Shown one piece after another: positions 21,014 to 33,682 of a stretch of 64,000 nucleotides of DNA. The position numbers and the translations under genes are program-made. This DNA comes from an uncultured delta proteobacterium (GTDB lineage Bacteria > Desulfobacterota > Binatia > UTPRO1). The stretch spans positions 81,447 through 145,446 of the forward strand of contig CAWJUT010000019.1 in NCBI GenBank assembly GCA_963846105.1. Reading direction: 5' to 3'. Below the pieces are notes generated by a model. The model was not told the origin of the DNA, did not search any database, and saw nothing but the letters and a program-made list of their open reading frames with translations. Position 1 is the first letter of the stretch, and each line of letters opens with the position of its first letter.

Positions 21014-21442
21014 CTACGCCGGCACGACGAACGTCATCCAGCCCTCGACGACGGTCTGCCCATCCTGACGTCGCCGGCACACGAGCTCGAGGTCGACCTT
21101 GCGCTCGCCCGCTTCCTCGTACTTGCGTGCGACCTTGCCCGAGCACTCGAGGACGTCGCCGGGCCAGGCCTGCGCTTTCCAGCGCACCTTGGTGCGGCGC
21201 ACGTTCTCCGGTCCGAGCCAGCTCGTCGCCCACGTGTTGAGCACGCCGGCGTGGAACATGCCGACCGCGAGCGGCGCCTCGTAGCCGGCGGCGCGCGCGA
21301 ACGGCTCGTCGTGATGGATGGGCTGCATGTCGCCCGACGCGCCCTGATAGCGGACGAAGTCGGTGCGCGTGAGCGGGCCGAGAACGAGCGGCTCGGGCTC
21401 GCGGCCTTCGATGATCTCGTCCCAGCGCGTGCTCGTCGTCAT
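21014..21442 (-). CDS. MaoC-like (R)-specific hydratase, hotdog-fold C-terminal subunit
   Basis: MaoC dehydratase motif (YQGASGDMQPIHHDEPFARAAGYEAPLAVGM). Its start overlaps the upstream gene stop as ATGA. Confidence 0.85.
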   Translation of the reverse strand: MTTSTRWDEIIEGREPEPLVLGPLTRTDFVRYQGASGDMQPIHHDEPFARAAGYEAPLAVGMFHAGVLNTWATSWLGPENVRRTKVRWKAQAWPGDVLECSGKVARKYEEAGERKVDLELVCRRRQDGQTVVEGWMTFVVPA

Positions 21443-21891
21443 TTCTGCTCCGGAGGCTTGGCGGTCTCGACCGCGGTCATGCGCGCCTCCGCCACCAGCG
21501 TGCCGGCGGCGTCACGGAACTCGGTGACCATGACGACGAAGGTCATGGTCCCGCCGCGCCGGCCTTCCTTGTCGTACATCTCGGTGATCCGCGACTGACA
21601 ACGCAAGCGCGTGCCGGCGCGCGGCGGCGGTCCGTGGAAGACGTACTCCTGCTCGGCGTGCATGCCACGGTCGGGACTCATCTGCACGCGGTGCCAGGGG
21701 TTGCTCTCGGGCTCGAGCTGCTCCCAGAAGAACGTCGTGGTGAGAAACGTCGGCGGCACGACGGGATGGTCGCCGCTGAAGTAGGCGGGATGGGTGGAGC
21801 GCGTGGCGCGCGCGAACTCGTGGATCTTGCCGCGCTCGATGTCCATCTCGAACGGGACGCCGGCGACGCCCAGGGCTGACTTGTCGATCAT
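21439..21891 (-). CDS. MaoC-associated N-terminal hotdog subunit (ChsH1-like partner)
   Basis: 150 aa with a FAS1-DH/MaoC N-terminal-like sequence. GGAG lies 9 nt upstream of the start. Forms a split-hydratase pair with the downstream gene. Confidence 0.8.
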   Translation of the reverse strand: MIDKSALGVAGVPFEMDIERGKIHEFARATRSTHPAYFSGDHPVVPPTFLTTTFFWEQLEPESNPWHRVQMSPDRGMHAEQEYVFHGPPPRAGTRLRCQSRITEMYDKEGRRGGTMTFVVMVTEFRDAAGTLVAEARMTAVETAKPPEQK

Positions 21892-23042
21892 GCGTGCTCC
21901 ACAGCTAGGGGTGCTGGCTGCTGACGGCGATCGAGCGGTACGCGAAGGACGATCGGCGGGCCATTGCCGGTGATTCCCTTTTGCTTAGTCCGTCCTGATA
22001 ACCACATCGTAGAGGTCCCGTCTGCTGCAATCTCCTCAGGGAGGATCGCGTTGACCCATTCTCTCCCGCCAGAGGTTGTGACGAACGCGATCCCGCTTAG
22101 CCCGACGGCCGCGCCGGCGCCGGATGGTGTGGAGGCGAGTGCGAAAATGGCACCACGATGTGGCGGCAGCGCTTGCTCTTTCCAGTTCTCCCCACCGTCC
22201 ACCGTGTGAAGGTAACTGGTGTGTTGCTGTTGTTTCGACGCCACCGGCCCAGCCCCGCTGCCGATCGATGAACGCGAAACCGAGAAGCTGCCCATCGAAT
22301 CCGTCGGGGAGGCCCGAAGTAGCGTCGACCAGGTCATCCCTCCGTCGAAGGATCGGGCGAGCCGGAAATTGGACTGAGCGATCCATAGCTCGGAATCCCC
22401 AACGCAAGTGCAGCAATAGAGCCGGTCTCACCGATGCGGTCCGTGACATCGGCCACGTCACGCCGGAATCTGCGCTGAGCAGCACGGCGTTGCCGTCCAC
22501 GCCGTCGCCAACCGCAAGGCCGATTCCGGTTGCCGTGAAGCAGGCGTTCCTCAGGGCAGCGTTCTGGCCGAAGCGCCGCTCACGCCCATCAATCGGTGCC
22601 CGTGTCCAGGTTTGTCCTCCGTCCCGGGTGACGAGGATGAGTCGCTCACTGGCGATCCCTGGGAAGACATTTCCCACGGCAATCCCTTGTTGCTGAGTTG
22701 CGAACGCGACGTCGTTCAGCGACTCATCGCTTGTGCGTTGAACGACCCACGAGTCGCCCCGTCCTTCGTGTGCAAGATCGTGCCGTATCCAACTGCCCAT
22801 CCGATGTTCCTGTCGAGGAACTCGACCCTCTCAGCCCGAATCGGGAGGTCTGGGGATCAATTCGCGAACCAGCTCATGCCGCCGTCTTCGGAGCGGACGA
22901 TAGGGGGAGATCCAGCCGCCCAAGCTCGCGCGCTGGACCCGCCATTTCCGTTCGAGCCGCCTCCACCCCCGCCGCAAGCGGCGATACACGCGAGCAGAGC
23001 CGCCATGAATGTGGCCGTCCGAAGCTTTTCGTGTCTGTCCAC
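21888..23042 (-). pseudogene. BNR/Asp-box repeat lipoprotein (Ycf48/sortilin-like beta-propeller; at least two frameshifts)
   Basis: Has a lipobox signal (MAALLACIAACGGG) and repeated TxDGGxTW-type motifs (SEDGGMSWF, TRDGGQTWT, SADSGVTWP, TVDGGENW, TTSGGREW) spread over three frames. Confidence 0.55.
21905..21927 (+). repeat. 23-bp perfect direct repeat, copy 1 (ctaggggtgctggctgctgacgg)
   Basis: Identical to 23098-23120. The two copies bracket the BNR gene segment. Confidence 0.9.
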
Positions 23043-23097
23043 GGGTTCCCTTCGCCATCGCCCGGAGTTGTCGGATCAAGATCCCCTCGCAGGCAAA

Positions 23098-23120
23098 CTA
23101 GGGGTGCTGGCTGCTGACGG
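23098..23120 (+). repeat. 23-bp perfect direct repeat, copy 2 (contains the native stop and C-terminus of the SDR gene)
   Basis: Identical to 21905-21927. Its reverse complement encodes ...SVSSQHP* of the SDR. Confidence 0.9.
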
Positions 23121-23885
23121 AGACGATCTCGCCGGTCATGTAGGTCGAGTAGTCGCTGGCGAGGAAGACGATCACGTTGGCGACCTCCCACGGCTCGGCC
23201 GCGCGGCCGAAGGCCTCGCGCGCCGTCGAGCTCGTCGAGCAGCTCCTTCGGATGTCGCCTTGTGGAGGAACGGGTGCAGCGCCAGGCTCGGCGCGACGGC
23301 GTTCACGCGCACGCCGGCCTCCGCGGCCTCGATCGCGGCGCAGCGCGTGAGCGCCATGACGCCGGCCTTGGCCGCGGCGTAGTGCGCCTGCCCGGCCTGC
23401 GCGCGCCAGCCGAGGACGCGACGCGTTGTTGACGATCACGCCGGCGCGGCGCGGGATCATGTGGCGGAGCGCGGCGCGCGTGCAGCGGAACGTACGCGTT
23501 GAGCGTCACGTCGAGCACGCGCGACCACTGCTCGTCGGTCATGTCGACGAGGTTCGCGGTGCCGCCGAGGCCGGCGTTGTTGACCAGCACGTCGATCCGG
23601 CCGGTCGCCGCGATCGGCGGTCGTCGAACATGCGCTGGACCTGCGCCTCGACCGTGACGTCGCAGAGCACCGTCGGCGGGCGCTGCCCCAGGATCTGGGC
23701 GAGCTGCTCGGCGGCCTCGTCCGAGGCGGCGCTCGTGCTGGTCGCTGATCATGACGAACGCGCCTTCCTCGGCGCAGCGCTTGGCGGTGGCGAAGCCGAT
23801 GCCGGTGCCGGCGGCGGCGGTGACGAGCACCGACTTGCCGGCGAGCAGCGCGTGGCCGGGCGGGCAGGGCGGTGCGGCTGCTCAT
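23098..23885 (-). pseudogene. short-chain dehydrogenase/reductase (frameshifted)
   Basis: Gly-rich NAD site (TAAAGTGIGFATA), a NNAG motif and a C-terminus (WEVANVIVFLASDYSTYMTGEIVSVSS) are recovered from four frames. Confidence 0.6.
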
Positions 23886-25060
23886 CGCTTGGCGCCTCGG
23901 GCGCGCGGCTCGCGCGGCAAGCCGAGCGCCCGCTCGCCGATGATGTTGCGCTGGATCTGGTTGGTGCCGGCGTAGATGGTGTCGGCGCGCGTCCAGAGGA
24001 ACAGCCGCTGCAGCTCGCCGAGTCGTACGTCCGACCCCTGCGGGCAGGATCTCGGGCGGGCGCCGAGCACGTCCACCGCGAGCTTGCCGAGCTGCGCGGT
24101 GCCACGTCGCCCAGTAGAGCTTGTTGATCAGCGCCTCGCGGCTGAGCTGCGCCGCCGCCTTCGATCGCCGTGAGCGTGCGGAGCGCGTTCAGGCGCATGA
24201 TGCGGAGCCCGATCCAGGCGTCGGCGAGGCGCTGGCGCATGACGGGATCCGTGGCGGCGCCGTTGGCGCTGGCGGCGTCGATCACCTGCGTCAGCTCGCT
24301 CTCGAACGCCAACTGCTGGCCCAGCGTCGAGGCGCCGCGCTCGAACGCGAGCGTCCCATCGCGACCTTCCAGCCGCCGTCGACCTCGCCGACGACGTGGT
24401 CGGCCGGCCGTGCGCGCGCCGTCGAAGAACACCTCGGCGAACTCGGAGGTGCCGGTGATCTGCCGGATCGGCACGCACCTCGATGCCGGGCTGCCGCATC
24501 GGCACGAGCAGGTACGAGAGGCCCTCGTGCTTCGGCGCCTTCGGGTCGGTGCGGCAGAGGACGAAGCACCAGTCGGAGATGCTCGCGAGCGACGTCCAGA
24601 CCTTCTGGCCGGTGATGACCCACTCGTCGCCGTCGCGCTCGGCGCGGCACTGCACGCTGCCGAGGTCGGAGCCGGCGTTCGGCTCGGAGTAGCCCTGGCA
24701 CCAGAGCTCCTCGGCGCGGAGGATCGGCGGCAGGAAGCGGCGCTTCTGCTCCTCGGTGCCGAAGCGCGATCAGCGTCGGGCCGAGCAGCGTCTCGCCGAT
24801 GTGGCCGAGCCGTCCCGGGGCGCGCGCGCGCGCGTACTCCTCGTTGAAGATGACCTCCTGGCTGAGGCTCAGGCCGCGTCCGCCGTGCTCGCTTCGGCCA
24901 GCCGACGCAGGTCCAGCCGCCGTCGGCGAGCGCCGCTCCCACGCTCGCCGCTCCTCGACGGCGCCCTCCAGGTCGCCGGAGCCGCCGCGGCCCGCGGAGC
25001 GCGGCGAACTCGCCGACCAGATTGGCGGCGAGCCAGGCGCGGACCTCGTCGCGGAACGCC
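23882..25060 (-). pseudogene. acyl-CoA dehydrogenase (FadE-like; frameshifted, start approximate)
   Basis: Fragments include [45 protein letters not shown] and a C-terminal [17 protein letters not shown]. Confidence 0.55.
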
Positions 25061-25099
25061 TCGTCGCTCGGCGGAGAAACGCGAGGTTCATGTCACGCA

Positions 25100-26276
<1,177 letters not shown>

Positions 26277-26290
<14 letters not shown>

Positions 26291-27133
26291 CGAGCAAGGC
26301 AATGGCGGCGACGTTCCGGAGGCTCGGCGTCCTGGTGAAAGGACCAGTGATTCTCTATCACCTCGGCATCGGCGCCGGCGTGCCCCCGACCGACCCGGGC
26401 GAGCTGGAGTACACCTTCGAGAAGAACCTGAAGGTGCTGCCGTCGTTCGCGGTGGTGGTGAAGTTCAAGCCCCAGATGGACCTCCTAAGATTCCCGGGAT
26501 GACCTTCGATCCCTATCTGCTGCTGCACGGCGAGCAGGACGTCGAGATCCACAAGCCGCTGCCGCCCGAAGCAACCGGGATCACGGCGCGAATGCGCATC
26601 GCCGACATCTACGACAAGGGAAAGGCGGCGGTCGCGATCGTGGAGATTCGCGCCAAGGAGGCGAGCGGCGATCCGCTCTTCACCAGCCGGATGGCGCTCT
26701 TTCTGCGCGGCGAGGGCGGATTCGGTGGCCCGCCCGGACCGAAGAGCGCGCACCAGTCGCGCCGGAGCGGAAGCCGGACGGCGTGATCGAGACGCAGATC
26801 GTTTCCGCAGCAGGCGCTGCTGTACCGTTGAATGGCGACAAGAACCCGCTGCACGCCGACCCCGAGTTCGCCGCCATGGGCGGCTTCGATCGGCCGATCA
26901 TCCACGGGCTCTGTTCCTACGGCATCACCTGCAAAGCCATCGTCGACGGCGTGCTCGGCGGCGACGTCACCAAGGTGGCGCGCTACCAGGCGCGATTCGC
27001 CGGCGTCGCGTTCCCGGGCGAGACGTACCTGACGTCGTACTGGAAGGAAGACGACAAGATCCTCCTGCAGGCCAAGTCGAAAGAGCGCGATGCGCTCGTC
27101 ATCTCCAACGCCGCCGTCACGGTTCGAAGCTAG
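26277..27133 (+). pseudogene. double-hotdog enoyl-CoA hydratase 2 (MFE-2 or Hsd4B-like; three frameshifts)
   Basis: Hydratase-2 N-terminal pieces (ILYHLGIGAG...VLPSFAVV, DPYLLLHGEQDVEIHKPLPPE) precede the MaoC motif LNGDKNPLHADPEFAAMGGFDRPIIHGL. Frames run 0, 1, 0, 2. Confidence 0.6.
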
Positions 27134-27187
27134 TGTCGCGGCGGTTCTAGCAGGCAAGCCACGGACGCGCCGCGGGACCGCAGTCGC

Positions 27188-28201
27188 ATGGAAGTTGGTC
27201 GCCCGGGATCCAGGAGCTCACTCTCCATCGACGACCTGACGCAGTTCGGCATCGTCCCGGAGGACGAGGGGCCGCACCCGTTCGACCCGAGCGTCGAGTG
27301 GTGGAACGAGTCGTGGTTCTGGGATTGGTACGACGCCGAGGGCGCCAATGCCGGTCACTGCCGGATCGGTGTGCATCCGAACCAGCAGCGGGCGTGGGTC
27401 TGGTTCTTCCTTTTTCGCGAGGGTGAGTGGATCGCCGTCGAGGCGCCGCGCCTGCCGCTCGCCGACCTCGACCAGTCCCGGCTGGCGTACGACCGCTTCG
27501 GCTTGCGCTTCGGGTGGGAGGTGCGGAGCCCGCTCCGCGAGGGGCGTCTCACGTTCGAGGGCTTCGGTCGGGTGGTGGCGGGATCGCGCACCGGGATGAT
27601 CCTCCCCGTCGGCGCGGCGCTCGATTTCACCGCGCTCGGTCCGCCACACTCGGTCGGCCGCAGCGTCGCGCCCGGTCATGCGTCGCAGCAGTACGCGGCG
27701 AGCCGTTTCGAGCAGCCGGTCAGCGTCCGCGGGACGCTGCGCGTCGACGCCGCCGAGCGCTCTTTCGAGGGCCATGGCGAGCGCGACCATTCGTGGGGTC
27801 CGCGCTACTGGAACCTCGACTGGACGTTTCTGGTCGCCAGCGGTGGGGGCGTGCGCGTGCAGGCCGCCGAGGCCATCATCCCGAACGCCGGGCGCTTCGT
27901 CGTCGGCTATCTGCAGCGCGCCCGCATGGTGCCGCTCACCGAGGCGCGCTTCGACTTCAGCTACGCGGCCGGCGACGTGCTCCGTCCGGTCGCCGGACCT
28001 TTCACGGTGACCGCCGAGGACGGCGACGGGCTTTCGGGCACGATCGAGTCGCTGACGGCGACCGAGATCGACCTGACGCATACCTTCGTTCCGCCGCAAC
28101 GCTCGCTCTACCGGCGCGCGCTCGTCCGCGTCCGTGTCGACGGCGCCGCGGCGCCGCTCCTCGGCTGGGTCGAGTTCAACCGGCTTTTGCCGCAGGGTTG
28201 A
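27188..28201 (+). CDS. hypothetical protein, CrtC/AttH-like (hydroxyneurosporene-synthase-like) fold candidate
   Basis: Intact 337-aa ORF. The HGERDHSWGPRYW motif resembles the AttH/CrtC family. The assignment is tentative. Confidence 0.45.
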   Translation: MEVGRPGSRSSLSIDDLTQFGIVPEDEGPHPFDPSVEWWNESWFWDWYDAEGANAGHCRIGVHPNQQRAWVWFFLFREGEWIAVEAPRLPLADLDQSRLAYDRFGLRFGWEVRSPLREGRLTFEGFGRVVAGSRTGMILPVGAALDFTALGPPHSVGRSVAPGHASQQYAASRFEQPVSVRGTLRVDAAERSFEGHGERDHSWGPRYWNLDWTFLVASGGGVRVQAAEAIIPNAGRFVVGYLQRARMVPLTEARFDFSYAAGDVLRPVAGPFTVTAEDGDGLSGTIESLTATEIDLTHTFVPPQRSLYRRALVRVRVDGAAAPLLGWVEFNRLLPQG

Positions 28202-28251
28202 CGGCGAGAGCGAAGGCGGAGCCTCTGGGCCGCGAGGATTGAGGGCGCACC

Positions 28252-29341
28252 ATGCCGACCGACCGCAACCGGGATCTCGAGCACACCCGCGTACGACTGG
28301 CGCGATGGCTTGCCGCCACGATGCCGGACGCCGAGGACCTCGCGCTCTCGCCGCTCGTCGGGCCGAGCGCGACCGGGTTCTCGAACGATACGCTGCTCTT
28401 CGACCTCACGTGGAAGGAAAAGGGGCAATCGCACAACCGAGGGTTGGTCGTGCGCATCCAGCCGACCGGGCTTCACGGTGTTTCAGGAATACGATCTGGC
28501 ACGCCAGTTCCGCATCATGGAGATCCTGGCGGCGACCGACGTGCCGGTGCCGCGCGTGCTCTGGTTCGAGAGCGACCCGTCGATCCTCGGCGCCAGCTTC
28601 TACGTGATGGAGCGAGTGGAGGGGCGGATCCCCACCGATACGCCTCCCTACCACGTGGGAGGATGGGTGACCGAGATCGAGCCGGCGACGCGCGCGGCGA
28701 TCTGGTGGAGCGGTCTCGAGACGTTGGCGCGCATCCACCGCCTCGACCATCGTGCGCTCGGCCTCGACTTTCTCGCTCCGCCGCCGCCGGGCTCGACGTG
28801 CCTCGAGCGGCAGCTCGGCTTCTACACGCGCTTTCTCGCTTGGGCCGCGCGCGGCAAGCCGCAGCCGACCTCAGAGGCGGCGCTCGTCTGGCTCGAGCGC
28901 AACCGGCCGCGCGACCCGGAGCCGGTCGGCATCTGTTGGGGCGACGCGCGGATCGGCAACATGATCTTCCAGGATGGGCGCTGTGTCGCCGTGCTCGACT
29001 GGGAGATGGCCACGCTCGGCGATCCGGAGCAGGACCTCGCCTGGTATCTCTTCTTCGACCGCCACCACAGCGAGGGATGTGGCGCGCCGCCGCTCCCAGG
29101 TTTCCCGTCTCGCGAGGAGAGCATCGCCCGCTACGAGGAGTGGACGGGCCGCACGACGCGCCACGTCGCCTACTACGAGATCTTCGCCGCCTTTCGCTTC
29201 GCCGTGATCATGATCCGGGTCGCGCAGCAGCTCCAAACCGCCGGCCTCTTTCCGCCCGACGCCGACTTCGAGACCAACAACACCGCGACGAATCTGCTGG
29301 CACGGATGCTCGACCTTCCGCCGCCGGGCGAGCAGCGCTGA
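28252..29341 (+). CDS. phosphotransferase (APH/ChoK-like kinase) family protein, one frameshift near 28470
   Basis: APH-fold motifs are present (ASFYVMERVEG, the Brenner-like ICWGDARIGNMIF, DWEMATLGDPEQDLAW). Confidence 0.65.
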
Positions 29342-29553
29342 ACTCCTCGACGGCGCCCCGCGCCGCGCGCCCCGTTCGAGAACCCGACACTTTCGAAAGG
29401 CGCGCGCTGCCGTTGGCGCGCCGGCAAGAACGGCCGACTCACATGAAAGCGTCTGCGCCGAGTCCGTGCGGTGCCGCTGCAACGAGCGGAAGCGTCCGTT
29501 GCGCCCGCCGCCTGACTACTCGATGATCGCGCCAGTGTGATACGCGCCCACGC

Positions 29554-30463
29554 ATGACCCCCGGGAACCGACTCAGTCGGCGCGACCGTCGGTGGCCCGC
29601 CTACTGCATGCTGCCGCTGCTCGTGGCGCTCCTCGCGGCCGACACCGTCGTTGCCGGCAGCGAGGTGATGGGGCGGGCACGCGCCCACGGCTGGAGCCCT
29701 CTGATCGACAGGCTCGTCGCCGACGGCGTCGACGCCGAGCGCCTGGCGCGGACGTTCGCGGATGCGAGGCTCCCAGCGTTCACCGGCCTGCCGTTCACGC
29801 TCCGACCGCGCGAGCACGCCATCTCGTACAAGCAGTTTCTCGGCGCGGCGAGCGTCGCCGAAGCACGGCGTTGCCGCGACCGCCATGCGGCGGCCTTTCA
29901 TGCCGCCGAGCAGGCGCACGGTGTCCCGGCGGCGCTCGTCGCGGCGATCTTTCACATCGAGAGCGGGTGTGGCCGCAATACGGGGACCCACCGCATCTTT
30001 CATCGTCTCGCTCGGCTCGCCATGGCGAATGCACCGGGCAACCTCGAGGCGAACCTGGCGCGCGCGGCCGCGGACGGCATCGAGATCGACGCGGCGTTTG
30101 CCGGACGCCTTGCCGAGCGGGCACGGTACCTCGAGGCGACCTTCTATCCGGAGGTGCGCGCCATGTTCGAGCTCGCCGAGCGTGAACGGCTCGATCCCCT
30201 CGAGGTGCGGGGATCATACGGCGGCGCCTTCGGCTACCCGCAGTTCTTGCCGACGAGCTTTCTTCGGTGGGGCGTCGACGCGAACGGCGACGGCCGCGTC
30301 AGCCTCTACGACGCGCGTGATGCCGCGGCGTCGTGCGCCAACTATCTCGCGCGCCATGGCTTCGCCGTCGACCGACGCGCGGCCCTGTGGAGCTACAACC
30401 ATTCGCCACGCGTACGTGGACGCCGTGCTTGCGCTCTCGCGGCGTCTCGACGACGGACGGTAG
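29554..30463 (+). CDS. lytic murein transglycosylase (MltB/SLT_2-like), frameshift near 30400
   Basis: Has a signal peptide and SLT_2 motifs (HIESGCGRNTG, GAFGYPQFLPTSF, DANGDGRVSLYD). Confidence 0.7.
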
Positions 30464-30581
30464 CGGCGGCGTCGACGATCGGTTCGTGGCCTGCTTTCAA
30501 AGTCGCCCGCAAGTCGCTAAGGTCCGCCGGGTGAACGTGAGCGGACGCAACAAGATCGCACGGTCTGTCGTCGGGACCTGA

Positions 30582-31703
30582 ATGCCGGAGCGATATCCCA
30601 ACGGGTTCCCGGGCGGCGGCGGACGGTCGGAAGACCCGCTCGCCGACCTCCGTCATCTGTGGGAGCAGACGCGCGAACGCTTCGGGGGAGGCGGCGGCGG
30701 TCGGCGGTCCTTCGCGCTTCAACTTCAGCCCCTGGCTCATCGTCCTGATCGCCCTCGTGCTCTACGTCCTGAGCGGCATCTACATCGTCGCGCCCGACGA
30801 GCGCGGCATCGTGCTGCGCTTCGGAAAGGTCGTGCGGGAAGCCGACGCGGGGCCGGGATACCATCTTCCCCTGGCCGTTCGAGCGCGTGTTCAAGCCGTC
30901 GGTCACGCAGATCCGCAAGGACGAGTTCGGCTTCCGCACCACCGCGGTCGGACCACCCGCGCAATACCGCGACGTCGACACCGAGGCCCTGATGCTCACC
31001 GGCGATGGCAACATCGTGAAGCTCCAATTCATCGTCCAGTACAAGGTGAAGACGACGGAGGGCGGCGCCACCGACTTCCTCTTCAACGTGCGCGACCCCG
31101 AGCGCACCGTGCACGACGTCGGCGAGGCGGCGATGCGCGAGGTCGTCGGACGCAACGACATCGACGACGTGCTCACCGAGGGGAAGGAGCGCATCCAGGA
31201 GGACACGCAGGTGCTGCTGCAGCAGATCCTCGATCGGTATCAGAGCGGGCCTCGAGGTGATGACGGTGAAGCTGCAGGACGTCGACCCGCCGGACCAGGT
31301 GTCGGATGCCTTCAAGGACGTGATCAGCGCCCAGCAGGACAAGGAGCGGTTGATCAACGAGGCGCGCGGCCACGCCAACGACATCGTGCCGAAGGCCCGT
31401 GGACAGGCGGCGCAGATGCTGAACGAAGCCGAGGGCTACGCGGCGGCGAAGGTCCAGGACGCCGGGGGCCAGGCGCAGCGCTTCGTCGCGCTCCACGACG
31501 AGTACGCCAAGGCCAAGGACGTCACGCGCATGCGCCTCTACCTGGAAACCATGGAAGAGGTCCTGCCGCGCGTCACCAAGATCGTGCTCGACGAGCTCGC
31601 CGGCAAGCAGGTCGTCCCCTATCTGCCGCTCGAGCGCGCGATCAGGTCGCCGGCGAGCGAGGTGCCGGAGCCGCCGGCGGGCCAGTCGCAGCCGAGAAGA
31701 TGA
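30582..31703 (+). pseudogene. hflK: HflK protease-modulator band-7 protein (three frameshifts)
   Basis: A Gly-rich N-terminus, a TM segment (PWLIVLIALVLYVLSGIYIVAPDERGIVLRFGK), an SPFH body and a C-terminal coiled coil are distributed over four frames. Confidence 0.6.
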
Positions 31704-32580
31704 CGATGGACCGACGCTGGATCACCGCACTGATCGCCCTCGTGCTCGTGGTGACGGGCGCCAATCTGTGTCTCTTCACCGTGCCGCAGTGGATGCAGGC
31801 CATCGTCGTGCAGCTCGGCGACCCGGTGCGCACGATCAACGAACCCGGGCTCTACTTCAAGACGCCGTTCATCCAGACCGTGCTCTTCTTCGACAAGCGG
31901 CTGCTCGACTACGATGCCGCGCCGAGGGAGCTGCTCACCAAGGACAAGCAGCAGCTCGTCGTCGACAACTTCTCGCGTTGGCGCATCGTCGACCCGTTGC
32001 AGTTCTACCGCTCGGTCCGCAACGAAGCCGGCGCCCAGTCGCGCCTCGACGACATCGTGTACTCGAATCTCCGCGAGAACCTCGGTCGCCATACGCTGCT
32101 CGAGATCGTCAGCGAGAAGCGCGCGGCGCTCATGGAGCAGGTCACGAAGAAGAGCGACGAGAAGGCCCGCGAGTACGGCATCGAGGTAGACGGACGTGCG
32201 CATCAAGCGCGCCGACCTTCCCGAGAAGAACGAGCTCAACGTCTTCAACCGGATGCGCACCGAACGCGAGCGCCTGGCGAAGAAATTCCGCGCCGAGGGT
32301 GACGAGGAGGCGCGCAAGATCCGCTCCGAGGCCGAGAAAGCAGGTGCAGATCCTGACCGCCGAGGCGCGCAAGCAGTCCGAGATCACCCGCGGCCTCGGC
32401 GATGCCGAGGCGGTCAAGATCTTCGCGGACGCCTACGGCCGCGACGCCGAGTTCTACCAGCTGGTGCGAACGCTCGAGGCCTACCGGAAGTCCGTGAACG
32501 AAGGGACGACGGTGATTCTCTCGTCCGACAGCGAGTTCTTCCGCTTCTTGAAAGGTCTCGAGCGCACGCACAAGCCATGA
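31700..32580 (+). pseudogene. hflC: HflC band-7 protein (two frameshifts)
   Basis: Start overlaps the hflK stop as ATGA. The TM segment (RWITALIALVLVVTGANLCLFTV) is followed by SPFH motifs (KDKQQLVVDNFSRWRIVDP, DVRIKRADLPEKN). Confidence 0.6.
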
Positions 32581-32988
32581 AGTGGTTTGGCGTGCTGGCG
32601 GCAGTGTTGCTGCTGGCGCTGTATCTCCGGTCGCCGATCGATTTCATTCCGGATCGTGTGGGTCTGATCGGGATCCTCGACGATCTGATTGCGCTGGTGT
32701 TTACGATCTGGTGGGTGCGACAACGGCTCGGCCAGGCCGGACCGCGGCCGCGCGCCGTGGGGCACGGCGGGGGGCGGCAGCGCCGACAGCGCGCGCGCCG
32801 CCGACCCCTACGAGATCCTCGGCATCGCCCACGGCGCCTCGGCCGACGAGATCACGCGCGCCTACCGGGAGCAGATGAAGCAGTATCATCCCGACCGTGT
32901 CGCCGGGCTGGGTGAGGAGCTGCAACGCGTGGCCCACCGCAAGGCCGTCGAGATCCAGCGCGCCTACGAGGCGCTGCGCAAAACGTAG
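32577..32988 (+). CDS. small membrane protein with a DUF1232 (YkvA-like) N-terminal domain and a C-terminal J domain; one frameshift
   Basis: N-terminus is MKWFGVLAAVLLLALYLRSPIDFIPDRVGLIGILDDL. The J-domain reads DPYEILGIAHGASADEITRAYREQMKQYHPDR. Confidence 0.6.
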
Positions 32989-33114
32989 GGCGGTCGCCTC
33001 GCGCGATCGTCAAGCGTGGACTTGTTGATGGCGAGCGCCAGACCAAAGTAACATCCGGATCAACAACGTGCGCGCGGCACGACGTGGAGCAAGCGCTAAC
33101 TCTCGGAGCCTGAT

Positions 33115-33480
33115 CTACCGGAGCCCGCCGAGCCGCACCGTGAACGCGCGCGTCGGTTTCAGCGTCCCCGTAGTCGGATCGACCGCGAGGCCGAGGGATT
33201 CGAGCGCCTCGACGCCGAGCAGCGGCTCGTCGGTGTCGAGGATGACCACGGTGGCGGCCGCGCTCCGATCACCGATCTCCACCATCACGAGGCCGACCTC
33301 GGCTTCGAGGTGACGACCATCCGCCAACGCGACGTTCTGCTTCTTTTGAAACCGCGCCACACCGAGCCGATCGGCGAGCGCAGGCGAGATGACCGAATAG
33401 GTTGCTCCGGTGTCGACGAGGATCGTCAACTCCTCTTCCTGACCGGCTGCGAGCTTGACCCGCTGGTAGACGTGGCCCAT
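33115..33480 (-). CDS. retropepsin-like aspartic protease (clan AA)
   Basis: 121 aa with the catalytic DTGAT motif (ILVDTGATYSVIS). Confidence 0.75.
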   Translation of the reverse strand: MGHVYQRVKLAAGQEEELTILVDTGATYSVISPALADRLGVARFQKKQNVALADGRHLEAEVGLVMVEIGDRSAAATVVILDTDEPLLGVEALESLGLAVDPTTGTLKPTRAFTVRLGGLR

Positions 33481-33682
33481 GACGCCTTTCGTAGCACGGA
33501 AAGGAGTGCGGGAGGATCCCTGAGGTCAGGCGCGCGTTCGCCCGCCATATGATCGGTGCTTGTGGGCCGACGGCTCGGGATGCCCATCGACTCTCGCTTT
33601 CGCACATGGGAAGGCCGCCGGCCAACTGGTAGGCTCCTGCCGTCGTGCGGAACGTCCCCGAGGCGCCGGTCGCGAAGACCCG

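Noticed and set aside
21905-23120. The 23-bp duplication as an IS or transposon target-site duplication.
   Set aside because: 23 bp is much longer than known target-site duplications, and the bracketed segment encodes no transposase or inverted terminal repeats. It is better described as a duplication-associated insertion of unknown mechanism.
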